A stretch of 64,000 nucleotides of DNA, taken from contig OZ024745.1 in NCBI GenBank assembly GCA_964016885.1, forward strand, positions 56,048,001 to 56,112,000. The letters are read 5' to 3'. The notes beneath the pieces are model-generated. The model had not been told where the DNA came from and searched no databases. It saw only the letters and a list, made by a program, of their open reading frames with translations. The position numbers were made by a program, and so were the translations under genes. Shown piece after piece: positions 27,219 through 41,049 of this stretch. This DNA comes from Eledone cirrhosa (taxonomy: Eukaryota). Within the stretch, counting starts at the first letter, position 1; each line of letters opens with the position of its first letter.

Positions 27219-27281
27219 GTATGTATGTATGTATGTATGTACCTATGTATATAAATGTATATATTAATATATGCATTTATT

Positions 27282-27328
<47 letters not shown>

Positions 27329-28123
27329 GTGTGTGAGTGTGTGTGCGTGTGTGTGTATGTGTGTGTGTGAGTGTCATTCCACGTATTTATTCATTATGTA
27401 ACACAATAACAAAGAATCCCGATTGCCATTGACATATTTATAGCAACTATTACTAGGTAGCTTACGTTAATTAGTCTATAGATTTAAGCTTACCAATTTT
27501 CTAGCCGTGTGTCTCTAACAAATACATTGTGCAGCAGTGGCTAATATATAGGTAATCAAGAAGGTATTCATGGGAGTAAGCTGCAATGAATTATATGTAT
27601 TGCATTCCTAACACTAAATGCAGAGCAATGTCATAGCAATTGGAGAAGGATTTATTTCAAGTTAATTACTTCTCTTCCAGTTTAAACATAGGTTTCTATT
27701 GAACTGTATAGTATGCTGGTTTGTTAGCTATCCTATCTTGAAAAGTAAATACTAGCTCATTTTATTTGTTGTTTAAGTAATATTTCAATTCAGATTAAAT
27801 TTCATTTTCTAAAGCTATTGACTGCGCTTTATAACAGGAAACTATTCTTGGATTAGATATAATTCACTCTCTACATTGATGTATTTTACATTTACCAGAA
27901 AATACCGCGCTCAAATTCATTGTTAATTGTCTCTTTATTCAATATTTGACTTAATAGATTACTCTTCCGTCGAACTACCTACAGTCATCTGAACATTCAA
28001 TGTGTCGTATCAATGCATTATATAATACGGTAGGAAAATATAATTCTCAACTTTCAGAATTCAACTAGTGAATCATATGACAAATGGACTCGGCGGCAAT
28101 TGCGCGTGAATTACATTGCCATG

Positions 28124-28169
<46 letters not shown>

Positions 28170-30503
28170 ATGCTTTCTACATAACTAAAACAGCTTCATT
28201 CGAATAAAACAGGCTTAGGCCCGTATAAGTTAGTTCTATATATAATAAAGATGTCTATACTCTACCAACATAGGGGCGCTTTTAATTAACTGTAGTCCGC
28301 TTATAGACAATGCTAGTGTGGAAGCAGGCGTTTCTAGGTACGGTGTGTTGTTTGAACAGCAACAACAAACCTGTCCAGATTTCTCTATTCATTCTTGATA
28401 TGCTATGTCATCAATTACAGCTTATCCGAGACTCACCACAATGCTATCAGCAATCAAGATCAGGTGGCATCAATGGCGCTGTAATAGACATTCAAGCGCT
28501 TGTCCAAAACCAGCCTAGCTTATCGGGAAACACATATAAAAGAATGGTTTTTGATTCACGCACAAGGCCATCAATGTTTGGGGTGGGGGAAATTCGATTA
28601 AATCGAACCCGGTACATCACTGGTGCTTTATTTTCGCCTGTTTCAAATTCCACCATTGAGCAGGGTGGGGGAAGAACTGACCTGATGACGGCCTAAGCCT
28701 GAAACGATTTGTCTGTTGTCCTCTGCTGCTTCTGATGGAATCAGCTAGACACTGCTAGCTGGCAACTTTTCAATATTCATAGGTATATATATATATATAT
28801 TTTTTAAAATGAGACTCCAGTTGCATTTTCGATTTCAACTTTTTTTCTTTATACGTTCACTCGTGTAGGACACATCGGTTATTTTTCATTTTGTAAAAAA
28901 AAACCTCACTTTATAATAATAGCACGGGAAAAAGTTGCCAACTTTTCAAAAGACATGATGGAAGAAATTTTGCTCAAACATTCGTTTTTTATTTTTATTT
29001 TTATTTTAAACACTTTTTTTACTCCATTTTTAATTAACTTTTTCACTGAATTGCACAAGATGAATTTTAATACATCGAAACCGGTAATTTTTCCATACAC
29101 TTTATATACTCCATAACAAATTTTCAAAAAAGAATTGTCTCTCTTTTTTTAATAACATTATCTTTTTAATAACACTATCTTTTCAATAATGTCTCTTTGA
29201 CGAATCAAAAAAGAAAAACAGACCCTTAAACATATCTCCCCTGCTATTTCCAACTTCATCTTTTCTCTATATAAATATATATATATATATATATTCGTAG
29301 GAACATGGAAAAACACGGTGTAAAGAAGCTGTAACAACAGCAAAATACCGTCGACGCGGCGTTGGGTAAAATATTATCCTGAAGTACGGAAATCAGCAGC
29401 TCGATGTGAGTTGATTCGCAGAAATGATAGAAAGGAAGAAATAGAATGAATGAATGAGCATAGGTCACAAATATTAAAATACGTTCGTACAGTTTCGACG
29501 ATTTAATCTCATTAAATCCTCGGTATTTTGCTGTTTTTAACAGCTTCCTTACACCGAGTTTTTTCCCTTTTCATACGAAGTCTAATACACTCGCGTCTCA
29601 AAACTCTCTCAATATATATATAGAGAGAGAGAGAAAGAGAGAGGGGGATTTACAAATATATATGTGTGTACGTATGTGTCTCTATATTGCATGGTACAGA
29701 CTTGTGTTTGATTTTATGATGATTTAAATGACGGATTATAATTATGATGACAGCAATGTACAAATAAATGAAAATAGAAATATCCAACAAAATACTAAGA
29801 TGAATCGAATTGACTTTATGAATTCAAATTGTCATTTTTCTCAAACAACTCGACGCGGTCTATGTGAATAATCATTTTAAATTCGTTGATGTTCAAAATA
29901 TGAACTAATATCAATCGGATAATTGTTAGCGTCCAAAAGCAATTTCAGGCAAATATACGTATGTAACCAGTCTTGTAGAAGTACATGTCAATATAGAAAC
30001 GCTGCTGCTGTCAAATTACGTATCAGCTACAAACCGACGATATATTGTTTCAATAAACGAATAATATTTTACTGTCAAATAAGGTTACGTTTAAGCAATA
30101 TTGCTAATATATTCAAAAACATATGAGCTGCTTCTATTAAAATGTGTGTTGACTAGTCATAATGTTTATTTTTTATGGTTTACACAACTTATGTAAACAC
30201 AACTTAAAACCGATGTTTGCACTGCACATATATATATTAGGTTAGTTTTAATCCCATCAGGGTTCATTGTATCAGTCATCGCTCTAAAAATATATTGCTG
30301 TAGTAGTAGTAGTAGTAGCAGCAGCAGTAGCAATAGCAGTAGTAGTAGTAGCAGTAACAGCAGCGGCTGGAGCAACATTATTAATAGGACTACACACAGG
30401 CAATCACGGGCACGCACAGACACTGACAAAAGTTACACGCGTACATGCACACACACGCACACAAACACACTCACAGACACTCACACACACCCACACACAC
30501 TCA

Positions 30504-30559
<56 letters not shown>

Positions 30560-30586
30560 AAAAGGTAAACAGAAATAGGAAGTGGG

Positions 30587-30622
30587 TCTTAACGTTTCGG
30601 ATGTTAGTCCTTCATCAGAAGA
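30587..30622 (-). ncRNA. Canonical minimal type I hammerhead ribozyme
   Basis: UCUU-CUGAUGA-A-GGA-CUAACA-UCC-GAAAC-GUU-AAGA, next to a TA/TG tract. Confidence 0.8.
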
Positions 30623-31329
30623 AAGAATGAAAAATAAGATAGATTGAGGGGACGGGTGTGATGGAATTGGATAAAATGTCTTTAGATAAAAATAACAGGT
30701 CCATTCATGTTGACATCCCTTGCAAATATATATATAGTAGAAAGCTAAGGCTTGAAGGTAGAACCGTTTTAAAACAAATTTCATATATATGTGTATGTTT
30801 CAGATGTATGTTGAAGTTATCTCAGAAGCAATATGAAGGCAGGCTCTAGTTTGTTCGGGATCTTTTATCATCAGTGCCGATTGATCAAGTAAACAATATA
30901 TATATATATATGCGTATAGAATATCACCGAAAGAAGCTATATTGCAGTCGCCATTTCATGCTGCATAAACTGGTGATGGGACTGCCACCTGACCTGGAAG
31001 GCGTGAGATGGACGCACTAAGATTGCTCATCGCGCGACCCCAAAGAGGGGACGAAACAAAACCTGACAGTTGGTTTCGAATTTAGGATTTAGAAGTTTAA
31101 AGCAATTATCTACAAAATACATAAATAAATAACAATAGCCTCGATTTATAATAGAGACACACCATCAAATAATTGTTTCTACTTTTGGCACAAGGCCAGC
31201 AATACCATCAAATAATACTATTTATAAATAATATTATTTATAAATAATATTATTTATAAACAAGAAAATAAAGCCAGTTTGAAAGAAAAATATTAAATGA
31301 AAATATAACAAAACACTGCACGCCAACAT

Positions 31330-32115
31330 AAATTATAGACAGGGGGAGAGTTTGGCATTAGTTGACAGGCGTATTCGAGGAGAGTTCTGTGTAGTAGATA
31401 TAGTGAGGGGGAAAGTTTGGTGTTAATTGATATAGAGAAGGGTATTGAAAGAGAGTTCCGTACAGTAGATAAAAAGATAGCGAGAGTTTGGTGTTAATTG
31501 ATATAGAAAGGGGTATTGGAAGAGATTTCCGTGAAGTAGATATAGAGAGCGAGAGAGTTTGTTGTTAATTGATATAGAGAGGTTTATTGGGAGAGACTGT
31601 GTCGTTTTATATATAGAGAGAGAGGTAGATTTCAATGCTTCTAGATATAATGAGGGCGTTGGGAGAGATGAATATTGTTAAATATATAGAGGGGGACTGG
31701 ATGAGGCATTGTCGTAAACTATATTGACGGGGTAGTTTGTGATATAGAGAGAGAACAATTACGGTAGAGTGTGATAGAGGTGGTGATAGGGAAGGTTTGG
31801 AGATTAATATAAAAAGGGAGATTGGGAGAGTGTTTTGTATGTTAGATATAGAAAGTGGGAGAATTTGGTGGTTGTAGATATATAGAGAGGGATCGTGAGA
31901 AAGTGCCGTGTTGTAGATATAGAGAGGGCGACAGTTTAGGGATGATTGATATAGAGAGGGATTAGTGTATTAGTGTTAGATAGAGGTAGGGGGATTACAG
32001 AGTCGGTGTACTGGTAGATATAGAGAAGCGTGAGTTTGGTTTTAATAGATAGAGAGACGGGGATTAAAAGAGATTTTTTTGTGATAGACATAGAGGGGAG
32101 GAGACTTTGGTGGTG
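31330..32115. repeat. Degenerate purine-rich minisatellite (~30-40-bp units)
   Basis: Recurrent GAGAGTTTGGTGTT..(A/T)GATATAGAGAGGG motif. Confidence 0.75.
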
Positions 32116-32288
32116 CTCTCGGATTCCAAAACTCAATACAGAAGTAGTTTAAATATTCAGTTACTATGGATAAGTGATGAGCCTTGTTACTCCGGAGTCT
32201 AACCTGGGTACTCACAGGATCATCAGACAAGACTGCTGTTCCTGTGAGTACGCAGGGGAAACTTTAGAGTAACAAATCTCACCAATAG

Positions 32289-32368
<80 letters not shown>

Positions 32369-32710
32369 AGAAAAAATTGGGTACAATATCAGAGTCTTAC
32401 CAATGCGAAGAAGCTCGATATTATAGAATCGGGTAAAGAGCCTAATTTTTTTTTATTATATATATATACAGTGGCAGTGGAACTAGGAGGGGCATGCCAC
32501 CCCACACTCCCATAATTGTATTGTTCTCCCCAAAGTAACAAAACACACATCTATTCTCGGATATAGGCTACAATTTATGTACATGTTATGTTTATCGCAT
32601 ATTTTCTGATCATTTTACAGTGCAAAGAGCTAAACTAATGACTACAACTAAATTGACCAAATTTGAATTTCAGAAATGTTTCCACCACCCCTGTACACAC
32701 AGATATATCT

Positions 32711-32764
<54 letters not shown>

Positions 32765-32972
32765 TTTCTGAATTTGTTTAGCAAGATTCTTTATCTGAAA
32801 TCGTGTGTTGAAACCCATATTGTTATACTTTGGGAGGGTCATGTTGCCAATAAGAAACACACGCACCAGTTGCTTCACTTCAATTTATTATAATAAATTT
32901 ATAATAAATTTATAAATTTATAAATTTCTGGTTGGTTGGTTGGTTCCACAACCAGATAGTTGTTTATATATT

Positions 32973-33015
32973 GTCAAAGTTCTTTCGTCACACACTCTGT
33001 GACCTCTTCAGTGAC
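32973..33015 (-). ncRNA. Minimal type I hammerhead in 3' pLTR
   Basis: GUCA-CUGAAGA-GGUCACA-GAGUG-UGUGAC-GAAA-GAA-CUU-UGAC. Confidence 0.7.
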
Positions 33016-33216
33016 TGGGGATTCCTTTCTTTGTTTCTGTGCCTCTCCTTTGTTCTGTCCTACGCCATTTTGTTTCTGTGCGTGTGTTGTGTGCTCAGTC
33101 TGCGCATGCGCCACATCCGGGTGTCTGTGTGTGTTTATGTTCATTTATTTATTTGTTTATTTACATGTTACTGGTTGGTTGTTTGTTCTATGTGTGTGTG
33201 TGTTTTCATTTTGTCC

Positions 33217-34887
33217 TTAATTGTAAGTTGTGATGTTGCTGTTCCACTCATATTTTCTATTTAATTTTGGTTGTAATTCTTTTATGTTTATTGCCTCTGT
33301 AATTTGTCTAAACATTGCGTCTTTTCTGTGTGTAGATTCTATTTTTATTTCTATGTTCTCTAATTTACCCTTGTGTTCTATTTTAGCATGTTGGTAGAGT
33401 ACAGATGATTCTTTACTATCTTGAAGGTCTCGCCAGTGTTCATTTATCCGTTCCCCTACACTACGAGCCGTCTCACCTATGTACACTATATTTTTGTCTC
33501 TACATTGTCCTTCGGTACATCTTATGCTATACACTACATTTCTAGTTTTACAGTTAATATGGGGGCTTATTTTACAGGTTATACATTTCTTATCTATACA
33601 TGAGGGTCTTTGAAAAGGGTATGTCTTGCTAATGAGTGTTTTTACGGAGGTACCTGGTCTTTTTACTATCTTAATATTGAGTTTATGTTTATTTAGGGCC
33701 CTTCTAAATGTGTAAGCTAATTCACCTCTAGGGGTTGTATCGATGAACATTACACTCTGGTATTTATTGCTATCATACCATGAGTTTATTCTATTAGCCT
33801 TGTTCCTAGTTCTTTCTATTCTATTCCAAAATTTGCTCCTATACAAGGGGCAGGTCCCATTTATGTCATTATTTACCATTTTTTCCCATTTGGTTCTGGC
33901 TCCTCTATACACTCTGATTTTATCTCTCTGATTGTAGCCAGAGAACTGCATACGGTGGATGAAGTGTTGTATGTGTCTCTCTAGTGCTTCGGTGTTGCAC
34001 ATGCGGGACACGTTTCTCTTCACCCGTACCAAATCCGCAATCAGTATGTTGATTTTGGTATGGTCCGAAACGGCCGAGTTTCGGTGGATCAGATGTTTGG
34101 AAGTCATGGGTTTGGCATAATGGGAATGGAGGATTTGTTTGTTATTATTAATGGTATCTAACCAGAGCTCTGTGTCTAGTACAGGTAATCGATGGTTGGG
34201 GTGTTTACTTGGGTAGTCTATAGTAACTCTAATGATCTGGTGGATGGAGTTAGCTATTTGCTGGATGCTTTCCATTGTGTTTTTCTCTTGTTCCTGACTG
34301 TTCTCTAGTGGGGGTGTCTTAACTACGATGTTTATATCATCAACGTAGCGGGAGTACATTATCAGGGTTAAGGGGTCTTCTAATTGTTCTTTAAGTTTAA
34401 GTTTAAGTCTACTGTCCCACCATACCCTGAATAAGTTAGCTATGTCGCCTGCAATGCTAACACCAATGGCTGCTCCTTCCTCTTGGGCATATGTTTTTCC
34501 ATTAAATTTGAACATATGTTCCTTAAGGGTTAGTTTTATGCTGGCCCCTACAGCATGTGCAATCATTTTCTTCAGTTCATCGTGGTTTTCGGGTGTCCGT
34601 ATGGCTCTGGTCCACCCGTTCCATCTATCTGTGCGGGTTTTTTTGGCCATTGAGGTAATGGTAGGTGGTCTGCCTCTTGCTGGTCTTGTAGGGCACAGGT
34701 TGTTAAGGTCATATGTGTTGCTAAGGTCGGATGTGGCGCATGCACAGACTGAGCACACAACACACACACAGAAATAAAATGGCGTAGGACAGAACAAAGG
34801 AGAGGCACAGAAACAAAGAAAGGAATCCCCAGTCACTGAAGAGGTCACAGAGTGTGTGACGAAAGAACTATGACAATATATAAACAA
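33217..34887 (-). CDS. Penelope-like RT (N-terminally truncated) / GIY-YIG endonuclease, 556-aa open frame
   Basis: QEEGAAIGVSIAGDIANL, YSRYVDD, LPVLD, HYAKPM (RT); Cys linker CIDKKCITC; NVVYSIRC..C..VYIGETARSVGERINEH..ITEA.NI....PKLNRKYEW (GIY-YIG). The first ~54 aa derive from the antisense pLTR arm. Confidence 0.9.
   Translation of the reverse strand: MFIYCHSSFVTHSVTSSVTGDSFLCFCASPLFCPTPFYFCVCVVCSVCACATSDLSNTYDLNNLCPTRPARGRPPTITSMAKKTRTDRWNGWTRAIRTPENHDELKKMIAHAVGASIKLTLKEHMFKFNGKTYAQEEGAAIGVSIAGDIANLFRVWWDSRLKLKLKEQLEDPLTLIMYSRYVDDINIVVKTPPLENSQEQEKNTMESIQQIANSIHQIIRVTIDYPSKHPNHRLPVLDTELWLDTINNNKQILHSHYAKPMTSKHLIHRNSAVSDHTKINILIADLVRVKRNVSRMCNTEALERHIQHFIHRMQFSGYNQRDKIRVYRGARTKWEKMVNNDINGTCPLYRSKFWNRIERTRNKANRINSWYDSNKYQSVMFIDTTPRGELAYTFRRALNKHKLNIKIVKRPGTSVKTLISKTYPFQRPSCIDKKCITCKISPHINCKTRNVVYSIRCTEGQCRDKNIVYIGETARSVGERINEHWRDLQDSKESSVLYQHAKIEHKGKLENIEIKIESTHRKDAMFRQITEAINIKELQPKLNRKYEWNSNITTYN
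34832..34874 (+). ncRNA. Minimal type I hammerhead in inverted pLTR
   Basis: Same motif with a CUA cleavage triplet (GAAAGAACUAUGAC). Confidence 0.7.
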
Positions 34888-35023
34888 CTATCTGGTTGTG
34901 GAACCAACCAACCAACCAGAAATTTATAAATTTATAAATTTATTATAAATTTATTATAATAAATTGAAGTGAAAGCAACTGGTGCGTGTGTTTCTTATTG
35001 GCAGCATGACCATCCCAAAGTAT

Positions 35024-35077
<54 letters not shown>

Positions 35078-35170
35078 AATGAATAATAACAGGTAGACAT
35101 CATAAAAAGGTAATTTATTCCGTGTGCTTACAAGTGTTTCCACGGTGGTACTGCAGCCTAGTTCCGCTAC

Positions 35171-35323
<153 letters not shown>

Positions 35324-35596
35324 CACAATAATATATGGATGCCTGCCTGAGTACATACACACACACACTCCGTTGCGCACACATGCCAAAATCATGACAT
35401 AGACAATATGTTATTTCAATATTGGCGAATGCGTGAATGTACATTGATAAAATTGTCTTAACAATGTTGACACATGCAGTTTTTACAGTGGATTGTTACG
35501 AAAAATATGTATAGGTTTTCTCTATATATACTTTGCATCCATGCCGATGTATATGTGCAAATTTTTGCATAAGTGTGTCCGTATGTATGCGTATAC

Positions 35597-35651
<55 letters not shown>

Positions 35652-35681
35652 TAAGTATGTATATATATATATATATATATA

Positions 35682-35841
35682 TTTATTAAAATAACAGATT
35701 AAAGTTTAAGCAAAGAATCGCTGCTTTCACCCTTACAGGATCTTCTGAAACTCAATATTTGCTCTACGATTCATATATATTTGATATATATTTATCCTTA
35801 TCGAGCCCTCTTTGGATTTTAGCCTTCCAATTTATTATTAT

Positions 35842-35845
<4 letters not shown>
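35682..35845 (-). mobile_element. Short microsatellite-nested repeat, copy 3 of 3 (longest), with variant hammerhead
   Basis: GAGUUU-CAGAAGA-UCCU-GUA-AGGGU-GAAAGCA-GCGAUUCUU-UGCUU-AAACUU at 35702-35753 gives pairing stems I and III. Confidence 0.75.
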
Positions 35846-35877
<32 letters not shown>

Positions 35878-35933
35878 TATCTCAATATATATACATATAT
35901 ATATATATACATATATACATATATATGTATATT

Positions 35934-35964
<31 letters not shown>

Positions 35965-36104
35965 TGGGGGGGGGGATAGATAGATATGCATATGCAATTA
36001 CGTATTTATATATATGTGAGTGTGCGTGTGTTTGTGAATGCATATATAAATCTATATATATATATATACATTCATACACACAAAAACAAACACACACATA
36101 TAGG

Positions 36105-36178
<74 letters not shown>

Positions 36179-36869
36179 GTGAGTATATCTTCGTTTGTGT
36201 GTGTGTGTGTGTGTGTGTATCGATATCACGCATATGGAAAATTTCCATCTTTTGATAGAAACATGTATACACACATGTTTGAGATTATTTCTATTACTAT
36301 TCTACTTATTCATAACTTTTAGATTTCAAAAGAAAAATAATACTCGAACGCTTGTATAAAGTTTGCAACATATATTTAGTTTCCTGATATGTATCAATTT
36401 CATTGCGAACTTTGACAGAAAAAAATATTGAGAAAAGTTAGAATGTCGACCGGGCTACTTTCGTTTTACGTTTGCTTTTTAATTCATTTTTCTCGGTAAA
36501 ACTCTTTTATCATATGATGTATATCTGTTTAGTCTGAGATATCTTGATCGAAAAGTTCAATTATTTGATTCAATTGCGGTAATGAATGGAACTATACGAT
36601 TTACACACACACACACGTACACAAATACACACATACATACGCACACACAAGCACACAGACAAACGCAAACAAACATTCAGAACATATTTTAATACATAAA
36701 TAAAATATTCTACTTAAAATATTTAGTGTGTTAGAACCGATTTAAGAATTTGTATTATACGCAATGAATCAATATGTATATTTTATATTAGCCATATTCA
36801 TACACACACATGTATATATATATATAGACCGGTTGCCACATATATATCTATGACTTTATGTATATGTAA

Positions 36870-37400
36870 ATCTTTATATTTAATAATCTCCCGTTAGGTT
36901 GAGATACAATTGGGCGATATTGGGCTGCGCTTTCTAGCAACAAGCCTACCCGCCGTAAGCAACTAATCACATTCTTTCTAACTTGACCACTGCCACGTCA
37001 CGATTCTTAGCCATTTTTGAATCTATTTTTGGCGCGATCGCTTTGGAAAATTAACTGTCCAATCTTGAGTTTTCTCGTGATGAGTCTGTTACTTTGGATG
37101 GATACATCCTAACAATAGGAAATCTAAAAATACGGGCGAAACCATGGTAGAAATATAATAACGGTATGTACGCGTTTCTTCTAAGTTTAAATTTACACCT
37201 AATTGTGTATGGTTGACGGTATATTTACTCAGTTTCTACATGCTGTTGAAATGTTGGATAAATACTCTATTGGGGTCAACGCGAAGAGGCCGTTTTCGGT
37301 TATTTGTCGAAAATGTCTTCTTTATTCTTATAGCCTGGTCTAATTGATTTTTTATATGGTTAATTATGCTAATTGGGAGAGGAAATGGTATATATTTTAT
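36870..37400 (-). pseudogene. Possible decayed Penelope RT N-terminal fragment
   Basis: Frameshifted RLI..KLKIGQ..SKAI..KIDSK...QWSS resembles PLE CRLINPxKSxIGxISK...NQW. Confidence 0.3.
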
Positions 37401-37425
37401 CTAATAATTCTAAGGACATGATTTA

Positions 37426-37459
<34 letters not shown>

Positions 37460-37464
<5 letters not shown>

Positions 37465-37656
37465 AACGAGTAGGACCCCGACGGCTGAGCTCAAGCCGTT
37501 TCGACGGCTAATTCTGGACGGTCCAGAATTAGCCGTCGAAACGGCTTGAGCTCAGCCGTCGGGGTCCTACTCGTTCCTATTACCCACTCTTCTACCCTAA
37601 GTATTGAGTACTTTGGTGCGTTATAGTCCACCTGGTTCCTTACGACATTTCCTTCG

Positions 37657-37659
<3 letters not shown>
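37460..37659. mobile_element. (TA)n-nested element beginning with a perfect 121-bp GC-rich palindrome containing hammerhead 3' halves
   Basis: 60-bp arms 37460-37519 and 37521-37580 with a 1-nt loop. Each reads GAAAC-GGCU-UGAGCUC-AGCC-GUC-GGGG. Confidence 0.9.
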
Positions 37660-37739
<80 letters not shown>

Positions 37740-39685
37740 TATACCTTGGATTAATCGTTATTATAATTTTCTTGATTATTGTTATGCAAAATGTTGGAAC
37801 AGAATTGCTTCAGTCAAAACTAGACTCAGACTTCGAAGAAACATAAAAGAAGTAATGAAAACCAAAGTGCTATGCCTGGTCTTCATTTGTAAACCCAGAC
37901 ATCTGAATGAGTATTTATTCATTCAAAAGCAAAAAGAAAATAGTTGAAGCCCTCACGTTCTCTCAGAGATGACTAACTTCAGACGAATAGGAAATTGGTG
38001 TCTGTGTACAAAAGGAAGCTGCTGCTGGGAACATTTTGAACAAGCTAAAAGTTAAACACAATGGATCATGTGAATCAAAATCAGATATTTGGAAATGAGA
38101 AACCCTGAAAATACATCTAAACTTAATGGAAGCAACAACGGCAATGATAGTAAAGCAGTTTCTGGTCTTTACACCGTCAATTACAAGAAACAGATATACT
38201 ACATGTGATATTGTTGGCCCGTGCGCTAAAAATAAATTTCCTTTTGTATTAAGTTGCATTCAGTTAGAGGTTAATTTCAAATCAATAACATTCTCATTTT
38301 GCTATCAATGTAGTTCAGCGTTATTCTTTCTGTAGCTCCCCGTATTTCCCTGATTTGCCTGAGTTTGGAATTGGCGCACATGATATACTGTCTCCGAGGT
38401 TGTAAGAAGCTCATAAGCGTACTCTGCCAAAATACATATTTTGTTAATATCAGAAGAAATGATATATGGAACAGCAGCATACCCTTAGTTTAGCTTCTCA
38501 TTGTCGGCTTTATGTTCTTGCACGTGAAATATTCGGCTCTACTGCTTACACAAATATAATCTCTTGAAGATCCTCTTTCACAGAAAACTTTCCACGCTGT
38601 TGACTAATGTGTTGAAGCAATTCATTTATACGTTTCTCTATGCGCTCCCTCCTATATAATAGTTGATTTAGGCTTCTCTTTACGTCTTCTTTTACCTGCT
38701 TTCAGGTATCGGTATTTTTGTATCTGTTATCAGCGTCATTAACGAGGCCAGGTCTGCCTTTTAATTCCTCTTCCTCAATAAATTCCTACGTTTTTTGCAG
38801 AGAGGTTATGTTTGATGTAAACCCCAAAATATTATTTTCTATTTCTTCTTATTAATAGCGATTCAAAGCTTTTCAAACCTTTCACTTATTGCAACAACCT
38901 TGGTATCAGCTATCATTTAGTTCTTTGAAAGTTGTCTCATCAAAGTTATTAGTTGATGCAATGGATCAATGTCCCTAGTGAAGTAGATCAAACATACATA
39001 CATTTAATCAGTTGCCTAACATTATCGAGCATAACTGGGTTTGCTAACTATAGAATCAGAAATGAATATTTCTTATCCAAAGTCAGGATGTATTATATAT
39101 ATAAGGAGAGAAGAAAAACTAGTGCATATATACTTATTGACAAAAAGAAAATAAACACTCTTACCTAGTAAAAAGTATCCGAAAAAATTATGTATTAAGA
39201 ACATACATCAAATGAACAAAGTTTTTATTGGATGAAATAAAAAGTACTCAAATAATAGGTCATTTGAAAAGCAGCTTTTTTCCCTTCAAATATGATGAAA
39301 TATATTGGATAAAACCATTATTTTAATTGCTTTTTGTCATCTTATTTACACAAGATCCGCATTTATATGTTCATCCGCATGGATGAAAATATTAATTTTA
39401 GATAAGATGAACTACGATAACCGATGAACCGGCGTTTGAAAAAATCTGGAATTTTCACCTTCTCCAGTGATGATTGTGAGCAAAGCATAACATTTTCACT
39501 GGTATTGGTGCTTGTTAAGTGTAACCTTTCGTCTCTTTAAATTAATCATTTTTGAAATGTTGTTGCTTATAAGATGCGCTGTAATAATGACAAGGTCGAC
39601 TAAACTAATTGAAACATTTTATTAACTCGTGATTGAGACTCCACACACACTCAGACATATAAAGCACATGCAGGAACATACTTGC

Positions 39686-39733
<48 letters not shown>

Positions 39734-39812
39734 GTGTGTGTGTTTGTTTATTTCTGTGTGAATGTGTGTGTGAGAGCGAGAGTGTGTGTGTGTTTGTGCG
39801 TGTGAATATATA

Positions 39813-39853
<41 letters not shown>

Positions 39854-41049
39854 TTGTCTGTTTGGCTGTCGATTACTCTTTTTGTGTATGCATGTGTGTG
39901 AACTCTTCTAACGTATGTACAAATGTATTCAGCTATTTCCAATTAACATAGGTTCATCTAGTGCACGCAACTTTTTGTCAAAATCCATTGATAGTTTATA
40001 CAATTAATCTCTTATAAAAACATAACATGCACTATTTCTGTTTTATATGAATGATTTAGTCTTTTTTATATTCTGTTTGTTATTTATTTTTTTTGCACGG
40101 AGATTTTATGATTCTACATCTTTCTGTCGATGTTTCACTGCTTCACGTATCTGGGACAAACACTATGTTTTCTACTCCAACAGATATCTTCTTGACCTTT
40201 CTTGTTAAATGGAAGTAGAAAAACAGGCATAGTATGTGGTATATAAACATTTGATTTATCGATAATACCAAAAAGCTAGAACAGAAAAAACAAAACAAAC
40301 AGAATAAATATCTATCATGAGACAAAAATGAAAAAAAAAAAAGATTGAGTTATTTTCAGACACAAATGCAAAGAGGAGATTTTTCTACTTTGGTTGACCT
40401 AAATCAAGTAAAATACAATTAGGCTACATCTAAATAAACAGAGAAACTAAGTTTCCTCTCAGTAGATTAGGCTGTAACGTTTTATATGATTTTATTTTGT
40501 GTATTGAAAAACCTGAGACAATGGAATGTTTACAGGATAGTCATGCTATTATGCTTGTATGCTTGCATTGGTTAATATATGTCCATGTATATATTCATTA
40601 AATAATTTTCTCAGTGTGGAGGTAACAATTTGGTCTCATCTATGTTATGATTATGCTCTTTCTCAACGCTCATATTCATGTTTTTCCATAGAGATTTAAG
40701 TACAGACAAAATGAAGAATATGAAAGAAAGATTGTATAAAATAAATGTATATATAAAACTATGCTCTTTTCCATTTTAAATCAGTGCCTATAACTTAAGC
40801 AGTAATTGTACAATGAAATCATTGTAAAACAAAATGAAATAATTAGGAACACCACGAATATTTCGTATTACAAATAAAATAGAAACACATCATGTGCCAA
40901 CAATTGAATTTTTTAACACATTTATATCACAAGATAAATAACACCACTGTTTGTTTACATGAAATGTATCTAGATAACGCCCAAAAAGTGAATATTTTTC
41001 TTCTCCAGGATATATTATGAATATATTAAACTATTTCAGAGGCGTTGCA

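Larger units (their letters stand above)
32762..35031 (-). mobile_element. Young 5'-truncated Penelope-like element with inverted pseudo-LTR, inserted in (TA)n
   Basis: RT plus GIY-YIG ORF; 3' pLTR at 32762-33260; inverted pLTR copy 34728-35031 nearly identical to 32817-33119; (TA)n at both ends. Confidence 0.95.

Noticed and set aside
32640-32695. CCAAATTTGAA motif upstream of both this PLE and the 7289 derivative (7263)
   Set aside because: Only ~11-17 bp are shared at different distances. This copy looks like a Tc1/mariner-type TIR remnant (TACAGGGGTGG on the minus strand), which is insufficient to claim a target motif.
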